From an uncultured Candidatus Saccharibacteria bacterium (GTDB lineage Bacteria; Patescibacteriota; Minisyncoccia; UBA6257; GWB1-50-10), in the NCBI GenBank assembly GCA_964356375.1, contig CAYHGT010000001.1, positions 9,221 to 73,220 on the forward strand: a DNA stretch of 64,000 nt, given 5' to 3'. Below, piece by piece: positions 29,158 through 36,226 of this stretch. Made by a program: the position numbers and the translations under genes. The notes under the pieces were generated by a model, which searched no databases, was not told the origin of the DNA, and was given only the letters and a program-made list of their open reading frames with translations. The number at the start of each line of letters is the position of its first letter. Positions within the stretch are counted from its first letter, which is position 1.

Positions 29158-30198
29158 ATGATACTATGCGTATATATGGGTGAAAAAATGCCAATGGGTG
29201 AGCGTCCAGAGCCGGTAGTGGTTGGTTCGGCCTCCCCCGAAAGAAAAAAAGCAGCGCAACAGGATCTTATGGATAAATTTGGAGAGGCTCACTATGAGCA
29301 ACTTTCTGAAGAAGCGATAAAAATATTGGAGGCAAACGAAAAACAAAAGGACCCCTACGAAATAGAGGCTATCAAAGGGGCAAACAAAATTACCAATGAA
29401 TTTCTTGCTGAGTTTGGATGTACCGAGTTTGATATTCCCGAGCAAAACGTCCATATTATTCCACCCAATCTATTTAGGGAGCTGGGAAGTAATCCGACAA
29501 CAGTTGCGCTTGCGATGGTTGAAAAGCAGGCAATCGCGCTTGATAGTGATGCAACGCGACAACCATTTGTAAAACTATGCACCATTCTTCACGAGATGAC
29601 TCACCTAAAAGGATTTCTTTCGTTTGAGATGCGCGTTGGTGAAAGCGAACGGTTTCGCCGTGGTGGACTTACTGTGTTTGCTTCTCCGGAAAAGGCAAAA
29701 AATGGACAATCATTTGAGGCGTTTCGGGGAATGGATGAGGGTGTTGTTGCAGAAATTGAAAAAAGATACACACCTCGACTTGTGCGGGAAAACCCATATT
29801 TAAAAGGTGAGCGAGAAAGACAGATGTCCGATGAGTCTGTTGCATTGAAGGAAGAGATTGCAACGAGAGAGGGCTTGGATACAAGTGAAATTTTTCTAGT
29901 AAACAAAGAGGCAAAAAGCTATGCAACATTTCCTTATAAACCACAGCGGAAGGCATTGAATTATATTGTGGATGCGCTATACGAAGGTAATAGCGAGAAA
30001 TTTAAATCAAGAGATGATGCAATGAAATTATTTTTCAAAGCGCATTTTGACGGAAATATAGTTCCAATCGCGCGCTTAATCGAAAAAGCATTCGGCAAGG
30101 GCTCGTTCCGCACAATCGGGATGATGGATGAAAAGGGTGGCAATTCCGCCGCAATGGTTATGGATTATTTGATAAAGCATAAGAAGAGGGGGGAATAA
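29158..30198 (+). CDS. Hypothetical HExxH (zinc-metallopeptidase-like) protein
   Basis: CTILHEMTHLKGF motif. The true start may be an internal Met at 29176, 29188 or 29194. Confidence 0.45.
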   Translation: MILCVYMGEKMPMGERPEPVVVGSASPERKKAAQQDLMDKFGEAHYEQLSEEAIKILEANEKQKDPYEIEAIKGANKITNEFLAEFGCTEFDIPEQNVHIIPPNLFRELGSNPTTVALAMVEKQAIALDSDATRQPFVKLCTILHEMTHLKGFLSFEMRVGESERFRRGGLTVFASPEKAKNGQSFEAFRGMDEGVVAEIEKRYTPRLVRENPYLKGERERQMSDESVALKEEIATREGLDTSEIFLVNKEAKSYATFPYKPQRKALNYIVDALYEGNSEKFKSRDDAMKLFFKAHFDGNIVPIARLIEKAFGKGSFRTIGMMDEKGGNSAAMVMDYLIKHKKRGE

Positions 30199-30224
30199 CG
30201 GATAGATTGGACTCTTTTTAACAA

Positions 30225-30510
30225 AAAACGGAACCGCGGGGACTTCGGTGGAAATTGAACATTGTTCGCATGCAACATTGCTCACTCCTTGGAACCCAGC
30301 GGTTCCTTGTGCCACGTCCCGCCGTTGGCGGGGCGACCCCCTTCTTTGTTCGATTTCCACAACTGGGTGTGACTCTTTTTAATAAAAACTCGCCGTCGCT
30401 CGTTTTCATTAAAAACCGGGGCTCACTGTGTGGCGGCGCTCGCCACACAACGCTGCGCCCTTCGAGTCCCAACGCGAGATGAGTAGTCGTCTCGCTCCTC
30501 AGGCAATCAA
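30225..30510. ncRNA. GC-rich ~290-nt non-coding region with several perfect hairpins; candidate structured RNA of unknown class
   Basis: GGAACCGC (30230-30237) pairs with GCGGTTCC (30299-30306). CCCGCC-GTTG-GGCGGG is at 30317-30333. TGTGTGGCG-GCGCT-CGCCACACA is at 30428-30450. The ORFs in the track here are low complexity. No tmRNA, SRP or RNase P signatures were found by eye. Confidence 0.25.
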
Positions 30511-30536
30511 AAAAGCGCTTTCGCGCTTTTTTTATG
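30511..30536. terminator. Bidirectional rho-independent terminator (AAAAAGCGC-TTTC-GCGCTTTTTTT)
   Basis: The perfect GCGC hairpin is flanked by an A-run and a T-run. It would terminate the minus-strand tRNA-Leu transcript and plus-strand readthrough. Confidence 0.65.
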
Positions 30537-30619
30537 TGCCTGAGGTGGGACTCGAACCCACACAGGGATTACCTACACGATTTTGAGTCGTGCGCGTATA
30601 CCAGTTCCGCCACTCAGGC
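30537..30619 (-). tRNA. tRNA-Leu (anticodon CAA), type II with a long variable arm
   Basis: Revcomp GCCTGAG TG GCGG..CGC G CACGA CTCAAAA TCGTG (variable arm AGG..CCT) GTGGG TTCGAGT CCCAC CTCAGGC A. All stems pair. CCA is not encoded. Confidence 0.85.
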
Positions 30620-30633
30620 TTTGTTTTCAAACA

Positions 30634-30879
30634 TCATTTTACTACAAACTCTGCCTTTATCCAGTCTTTGCCAACCCCCGATTTCAAGTATTTTTCTCGT
30701 TTTCTTGCTTCGGGTCTAGTTGTAAACGTCTCAGCGCACAGAAGCTCAAATGGTCGATAGGGGGCGGTGGTATGCCCCTTGCCTTTCTGGTGTTCGTTCA
30801 CTCTTCGCTCCAGATTGTTTGTAAGCCCAACGTAGATATAATTCTTTGTCGTGCTTTTTAGTACGTACACGAAAAACAT
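30634..30879 (-). CDS. Small GIY-YIG nuclease-family protein
   Basis: 81 aa: MFFVYVLKSTTKNYIYVGLTNNLERRVNEHQKG...REKYLK, a GIY-YIG core (YVYVL...YIGxT...R...H...E). Confidence 0.7.
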   Translation of the reverse strand: MFFVYVLKSTTKNYIYVGLTNNLERRVNEHQKGKGHTTAPYRPFELLCAETFTTRPEARKREKYLKSGVGKDWIKAEFVVK

Positions 30880-30891
30880 ATTTTAATATGA

Positions 30892-30960
30892 CGTGCGCGC
30901 CTACCTTCGGTAGGCAGGTATACCAGTGGAGTTTATCCGCCGCAGGCGGGCCACTCAGGC
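30892..30960 (-). other. Partial tRNA-Leu-like fragment (acceptor 5' strand + D-arm + anticodon-stem 5' strand) with two inserted GC hairpins, abutting the GIY-YIG start
   Basis: Revcomp GCCTGAGTGGC[CCGCCTGCGGCGGATAAACTCCA]CTGGTATAC[CTGCCTACCGAAGGTAGG]CGCGCACG. Its parts align to GCCTGAGTGGC-GGAA-CTGGTATAC-GCGCACG of the intact tRNA 270 bp away. Confidence 0.5.
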
Positions 30961-31018
30961 TTATTTTCAATTTCTATGCACATTGAGAATGCCATAGAAA
31001 TACGATAGAGTAAAGAGA

Positions 31019-32005
31019 ATGGCGAGAGTAATTGTAGTATATAACCAAAAAGGTGGCGTCGGAAAAACGACGACTGCTATGAATTTGGCTGCCTATCTTG
31101 CAATACACGGCTATCGCACGTTGCTTATTGATTTTGATCCACAATTCAATGCAACGTCTGGTCTTGGTGTGCGTCACGAACCAGACGAAACTATTTACCA
31201 CGCACTTCTTGCAGGTCAGCATCCGCAACGCGTGATAAAACCGACACATCTTGCGAATCTGCATCTTACACCCTCATCGGGTGATTTGGCGGGTGCCCTT
31301 GTTGAGTTGGTTAATTTGCCGGAACGCGAATATTATTTGAAAAATTTTGTGACGCACGTACGCCCGCAATATGACTTCATTTTTATTGACCTTCCTCCAA
31401 GCTTAAATCTTTTGACGGTGAATGGTCTCTTGGCGTCTGACGAAATAATCGTGCCCGTGCAGTGCGAATACTATAGTTTGGAAGGGCTCGCACAATTGTT
31501 GCAAACCATAGATTTGATTCGCAATAACGCAGGGCATCCGATTAAGGTTGGTGGCGCATTGCTTACGATGTACGATAAGCGCGAACGACTCTCCCGCGAG
31601 ATTGCGCGAGAAGTGCGAAGGCGTTTTCCGCATCATGTGTACGAGGTTGAGATTCCGCGTTCGGTGAGTTTGGCAGAAGCGCCCAGTTTTCAAAAACCGG
31701 TCGCGTTGCACGCACCACACAGCTCGGGCGCAGAGGCATACGAAAAATTAGCGCGCGAGGTTGCGATGCAATTTGCGACGAGTATTCCGGAAATGCCCGG
31801 CGCGAGTATTGTAGGATTGCAGAATGTCATTCCGACTATTGAAACCGTACGACAAGAAGCAATTGTTGAAAATTTAATGCAGAGCGTGGAAGATATCCCT
31901 ATCCGTTCCGCGTATTTTGAAGAACTCACAGAGCCCTTCATGCTTTTCTCGTTTGATGAGGCGCATGAAAATAACGAAGAAATATCCACAAGCGGTCAAG
32001 TTTGA
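31019..32005 (+). CDS. parA: ParA/Soj-family partition ATPase with a ~70-aa C-terminal extension
   Basis: Deviant Walker A NQKGGVGKTTTAMNLAAYLA; 328 aa. Confidence 0.85.
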   Translation: MARVIVVYNQKGGVGKTTTAMNLAAYLAIHGYRTLLIDFDPQFNATSGLGVRHEPDETIYHALLAGQHPQRVIKPTHLANLHLTPSSGDLAGALVELVNLPEREYYLKNFVTHVRPQYDFIFIDLPPSLNLLTVNGLLASDEIIVPVQCEYYSLEGLAQLLQTIDLIRNNAGHPIKVGGALLTMYDKRERLSREIAREVRRRFPHHVYEVEIPRSVSLAEAPSFQKPVALHAPHSSGAEAYEKLAREVAMQFATSIPEMPGASIVGLQNVIPTIETVRQEAIVENLMQSVEDIPIRSAYFEELTEPFMLFSFDEAHENNEEISTSGQV

Positions 32006-32463
32006 TACCACATTTCTACAGTAATATTATTGCAACTGGTTCTCATCACATTGAACTATATGATGGGTGTGTGAGGTATCGGCCGGTACTCTCACGTATC
32101 AGGATTGTGGCGAGGTATGATGTTGGGCTAGCGTATACGTTTTTAAAACAGAGGTAGGTTGTGTGGACGACTGACAACGCAATATTTTCGGATTTCAAGT
32201 TGTTCTTTCTTTAATTATTTTCACTTGAAATCATACGAATGCGTAGTATCAGTGGTTCACAACACCCCTCTGTTTTATTACGTCTAGAGAGGAGCGAAAT
32301 AAAAACGTATTCGTTTTCATTTAGTCCGAACGACGACGGAACAAAAGTATTGAATCACGCGGGTTGCCCAACGATTCAATACTTTTTATTTTGTCTAGAA
32401 TTTTTTGACAAAATGTCGCAACAAGTGCATTCTGTTTTTAGTAACTACCAAAAGGAGGACACT

Positions 32464-32688
32464 ATGTCCAAAATCCCAGAAGGTTATGTGAAACCACTGT
32501 GTCAGCCTAGCACAGAATGTGCATGTAGTTTTTTAATTTTTGGCGAAGAATTTGAGTGTGCTAAGGGAACGCCCTTTGCTGCGCTCATTGAAGAGAGGCG
32601 CCGAGCGGGCACCATGAACGCGAAGGGCGATAATTGTTCGGGCCCGCCCGATTTCATTCTCCCCGATGTGCTAGGAGGTATGCAATGA
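32464..32688 (+). CDS. Small hypothetical Cys-containing protein (74 aa)
   Basis: A strong SD (AAAAGGAGG, 7 nt before ATG 32464) defines the start inside the longer track ORF 32239-32688. Confidence 0.4.
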   Translation: MSKIPEGYVKPLCQPSTECACSFLIFGEEFECAKGTPFAALIEERRRAGTMNAKGDNCSGPPDFILPDVLGGMQ

Positions 32689-32942
32689 AGGAACGAGAAA
32701 TACATTGCGCAATTTGTAACAAAGTTACTGTGCATACGCAGGCGTTTGAAGCGTCATCGGTATTTCGCACGGAGGCATCCCCGTGGATGTGTATACACGA
32801 GCACCTCAGTGATGGTGCCAGCTGTCATTGTTGCGGCGCACCACTAAGCGAACAATCCATAAAGCTTAGTCGTGCCCTTGGGGTGACAAAAGTCGCTTGT
32901 GGCAAATGCAACAAGAACTCCAAGCCAAAATTCTGCTCTTAG
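32686..32942 (+). CDS. Small zinc-ribbon-like Cys/His-rich protein (85 aa)
   Basis: SD TAGGAGG, 8 nt before ATG 32686. CAICNK...CIHEH...CHCCG...CGKC. The start overlaps the upstream stop. Confidence 0.45.
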
Positions 32943-32955
32943 AAGAATTCATTTA

Positions 32956-32995
32956 CCCGCCCTTCGATAAACTCAGGGCGGTTTTTTATTTTTTG
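32956..32995 (+). terminator. Rho-independent terminator after the small Cys-rich ORFs
   Basis: CCCGCCC-ttcgataaactca-GGGCGG followed by TTTTTTATTTTTT. Confidence 0.7.
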
Positions 32996-33019
32996 TGTTT
33001 AGTATAGAATGAAATAACT

Positions 33020-34024
33020 ATGTTAGGGCGAGGACTTGAATCTCTTATTCCAAATAATAAGCAGGGAGGTAACAACGGAAATGTGGTTCCGCTGGTTTCG
33101 ATACCACAACACTCGGATGCGTGGCCACACGTGGCACCCATGCAACCGATGCCACCACTTCACAATCCTGCAATTCCGGCGCGCCCACCGCAACAAATTC
33201 ACGAGGATACAAGAGCACGAGAAGCATCCCGAGAGAAAGTGCCACACGAGTCCGTATTTTTAATTGAGGTGGATAAGATAAAAGCGAACCCCTATCAACC
33301 ACGTCACGAATTTGAGGCGGAGGCGTTGCAAGAGCTCGCGCAATCCATTCGCGAATTTGGCATCATTCAACCGCTCACAGTTTCCAAAGTAATGAAGGAG
33401 GCGGAGACGGGGGCTGACGTGGAATACCAGCTTATTGCGGGCGAACGCCGTTTGCGTGCGGCAAAAATGGCGGGCCTGGAACGTGTCCCCGCAATTATAA
33501 GGAAGGTGGACGGAAGCAAGGCAAAATTGGAAATCGCGCTTATTGAAAATATTCAGCGTAGTAATTTGAATGCATTGGAGTCGGCAAAAGCATATGCGCG
33601 TCTGCAAGACGAGTTTGGGCTTACTCAGCGCGAGATAGCCGTACGAGTGGGGAAGAGTCGCGAATCGGTCGCAAATACGATTCGTCTTTTAAGCTTGCCC
33701 ACGCAAATTCAGGATGCAATCTCACAATCCAAGCTTTCAGAATCACAGGGACGCGCGTTACTTGCAATGCAAGACCCAAATGAGCAAATAAAGATGTTTG
33801 AGGAATTGCTCCATAAGCGAACGAGTGTACGCGAAATAAAAGAAAAGATGATTCTGCACATAGATCCACAACAGAAATTCTGGGAGCAGAAACTTGAAGA
33901 AAAGTTTGGCGCGCCAGTAAAAATAAAGAAACTTGGTGTAGGCGGTATGATTGGCATTCAGTATTATTCAAACGAAGAGCTCCAAGGGATTTTGGAGCGT
34001 CTGATTGGCAATAGTGATTTGTAG
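33020..34024 (+). CDS. parB: ParB/Spo0J-family partition protein with a Pro-rich N-terminal insert
   Basis: LGRGLESLIP N-terminal box, a ~50-aa Pro-rich insert, then ParB box IAGERRLRAAKMAGLERVPAII and an HTH. Confidence 0.85.
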   Translation: MLGRGLESLIPNNKQGGNNGNVVPLVSIPQHSDAWPHVAPMQPMPPLHNPAIPARPPQQIHEDTRAREASREKVPHESVFLIEVDKIKANPYQPRHEFEAEALQELAQSIREFGIIQPLTVSKVMKEAETGADVEYQLIAGERRLRAAKMAGLERVPAIIRKVDGSKAKLEIALIENIQRSNLNALESAKAYARLQDEFGLTQREIAVRVGKSRESVANTIRLLSLPTQIQDAISQSKLSESQGRALLAMQDPNEQIKMFEELLHKRTSVREIKEKMILHIDPQQKFWEQKLEEKFGAPVKIKKLGVGGMIGIQYYSNEELQGILERLIGNSDL

Positions 34025-34039
34025 GAGTGGGTTAGGGCA

Positions 34040-35743
34040 CTAACTAAATCGGTGAGTCACTTCACGCGTGCCGCGAATTTTTTTTAATTGCACTAGTAGT
34101 TTTGTTGCTTTCTGTTCTGGAAGCGCATCGCACTTGATAACCACGGTTGCGAAGGTCTTGCGCGCATCCGAGTTCCCGTTTATTGAGTTGATTGTGATTT
34201 TATGTTCCGCAAATACGCCCGCGATATCCTTGAGATATCCCTGACGTACCTGTCCAATTACTTTGAATTCCACGTGGAGCGGTCCAGCTCTTTCACGCAA
34301 CGAGTTTGTTTTTTCACGTAACGCACTTCGTATGTGTCCTTTCGCTTGCTCGGTTTTTACAAAGCGCAACCAATCCTCGGTCGGTTTTTTCCCTTTGTGT
34401 GTGATAATTTCCACCATATCACCTGATTGCAGTTCATAATCAAGGGGCACTATTTTTTGGTTTACTTTGGCGCCCGTGCACTGATCCCCCACGTCCGAGT
34501 GAATTCGATATGCGAAGTCCACTGGTGTAGCGCCACTTGGAAGATCAATCACATCATTACCTGGTGTAACCACAAAGATGCGCTCCTTAAAGAAATCAAC
34601 TTTGAGTGACTGAATAAATTTTTCTTGGTCGGTAAAATTTTCCTGCCAATTGCGAAGTTGTTCCACCCACATTAGCTCGCCTCTGTTTTTCACACCCGTC
34701 CAATTTTGTGTGTTGTACCCCTTTTTATTGCGCGCTTGCTGATATGCCCAATGTGCCGCAATACCCATTTCGCCCTCTTCGTGCATTTCCTCCGTGCGTA
34801 TTTGAATCTCGGTTATCTTATTGTCTACACAAAACACGGTTGTATGTAAACTGCGATACCCATTTGGCTTTGGACGGGCGATGTAGTCCTTGAAACGCCC
34901 TGGAAGCGGAGTCCACAGATGGTGTACTACGCCAAGCACCGAATAACACTCCCCAATTGTTTTCACAATAATACGAATAGCGACGAGGTCATGAATCTTT
35001 TCCAAGTCCATATCGTATCGCTGAAGTTTTTTATACAAACTTGAATAACGCTTTGCGCGCGAGTCAACTTCAAGTGGACGAATATTGTGTTCGCCGAGTG
35101 CGCGCAATAATATTGGTTTTACTTTTTCCGCATAGCGAATACGCGCATTATAAGAATCTTTTACCGTTTCAATCAGCCATTTATATTCTTCGGGGTGGAT
35201 ATAGGGGAATGCGAGATCTTCAAGTTCACCGGAGAGTTTTTGCATACCGAGCCGATAGGCGAGCGGGGCATAAATTTCGGACGTTTCCCATGCAAAGCGT
35301 TCTTGTCGCACTTTTGGAAGATGCTTTAGTGTGCGCATATTGTGCAGGCGATCTGCAAGTTTAATAATTACGACGCGCAAATCTTTGGTGAACGAGACCA
35401 CAAATTTGCGCAAACTCTCTACTTCGGTGTGTCTCGTGTCATCGGGATACTCAAGTGTTTGAAGTTTTGTCAGACCATCCACAAGAAATGCGACTTCGTG
35501 TCCAAACTGTTTTTCAAGTTCTGGTAGCGTCGCCTTGGTGTCTTCAATCACATCGTGCAAGAGTGCAGCCGCAATTGATGCTTCGTCTAGATGCCACTCG
35601 TATACGGATTCCGCCACTTGTTCGCAATGAGTAAAATATGGCTCTCCGCTTTCGCGAAGAATGCCCTTATGCGCATGTTCTGCAAACTCGTAGGCCCTGC
35701 CTATCAGGGTTTGCGGTCCGAATTGTTTTAAGAGGGCGGACAT
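34040..35743 (-). CDS. rel: Bifunctional (p)ppGpp synthetase/hydrolase (RelA/SpoT homolog), short form
   Basis: HD-domain HDVIEDT, synthetase-domain motifs (YRSLHTTV), TGS and a C-terminal ACT-like region. 567 aa. Confidence 0.9.
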   Translation of the reverse strand: MSALLKQFGPQTLIGRAYEFAEHAHKGILRESGEPYFTHCEQVAESVYEWHLDEASIAAALLHDVIEDTKATLPELEKQFGHEVAFLVDGLTKLQTLEYPDDTRHTEVESLRKFVVSFTKDLRVVIIKLADRLHNMRTLKHLPKVRQERFAWETSEIYAPLAYRLGMQKLSGELEDLAFPYIHPEEYKWLIETVKDSYNARIRYAEKVKPILLRALGEHNIRPLEVDSRAKRYSSLYKKLQRYDMDLEKIHDLVAIRIIVKTIGECYSVLGVVHHLWTPLPGRFKDYIARPKPNGYRSLHTTVFCVDNKITEIQIRTEEMHEEGEMGIAAHWAYQQARNKKGYNTQNWTGVKNRGELMWVEQLRNWQENFTDQEKFIQSLKVDFFKERIFVVTPGNDVIDLPSGATPVDFAYRIHSDVGDQCTGAKVNQKIVPLDYELQSGDMVEIITHKGKKPTEDWLRFVKTEQAKGHIRSALREKTNSLRERAGPLHVEFKVIGQVRQGYLKDIAGVFAEHKITINSINGNSDARKTFATVVIKCDALPEQKATKLLVQLKKIRGTREVTHRFS

Positions 35744-35808
35744 GTCTTTTCTTAATGATAGTAAAATTCGTGGAATTGTGCGAACAAGCCATCTATCGGT
35801 GAACAGGT

Positions 35809-35860
35809 TTGACTCCGACGGTACCGTCGGAGTTGACTTAGGTCATTTCACGCATATACT
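35809..35860 (+). promoter_or_regulatory. Candidate groESL promoter: tandem TTGACT hexamers flanking a 22-bp perfect palindrome, then -10 TATACT
   Basis: TTGACT 35809-35814; palindrome ACTCCGACGGTACCGTCGGAGT 35812-35833; TTGACT 35833-35838; 16-nt spacer; TATACT 35855-35860. No CIRCE was found upstream of groES. Confidence 0.5.
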
Positions 35861-35917
35861 TAGCTATGCATTAGCAATGAATAGTCACCATTGCCAAGAA
35901 TTACACTTATTTAATAT

Positions 35918-36220
35918 ATGAAACTTAAACCACTATCTAATAGAGTTCTTATTGAGGCGGTCGCGGAAGAGGCAAAAGCAACAAAGTCAGGGATTGTATT
36001 GCCTGATAGTGCCGACAAGAAAAAACAGAGTAAGGGCGTGGTAGTTGCGGTAGGTGACGGACGAGTAAATGATAAGGGCGAACGTCAGCCGATGAGTGTG
36101 AAAATCGGCGACAAAGTACTTTTCAAGGAACCGTGGTCCGACGAGAGCAAGATTGAGGAAGACGGAAAAAAACTTTTTTTGGTTGAGGAAGATGATGTAT
36201 TAGCAACAATAATTGATTAA
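35918..36220 (+). CDS. groES: Co-chaperonin GroES
   Basis: 100 aa, KPLSNRVLIE...GIVLPD... Confidence 0.95.
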   Translation: MKLKPLSNRVLIEAVAEEAKATKSGIVLPDSADKKKQSKGVVVAVGDGRVNDKGERQPMSVKIGDKVLFKEPWSDESKIEEDGKKLFLVEEDDVLATIID

Positions 36221-36226
36221 GAATTT

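Noticed and set aside
30225-30510. tmRNA, SRP RNA, RNase P RNA or 6S RNA in the GC-rich structured block.
   Set aside because: By eye I could not find the tmRNA tRNA-like ends (GGGG...GGTTCGANTCC...CCA), the SRP GGAAGGAAGCAGC motif, or the RNase P P4 consensus on either strand. It is kept only as an unclassified candidate.
32006-33019. parS centromere sites (TGTTNCACGTGAAACA-like) near parAB.
   Set aside because: No 16-bp palindrome of that type was found in the parA-parB spacer or just downstream of parB. Sites may lie elsewhere in the genome.
35761-35917. A CIRCE element upstream of groES.
   Set aside because: The nearest resemblance is CTTAGCTATGCATTAGCAATG. It does not form the TTAGCACTC-N9-GAGTGCTAA inverted repeat. 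The real CIRCE is at hrcA (53889-53915).
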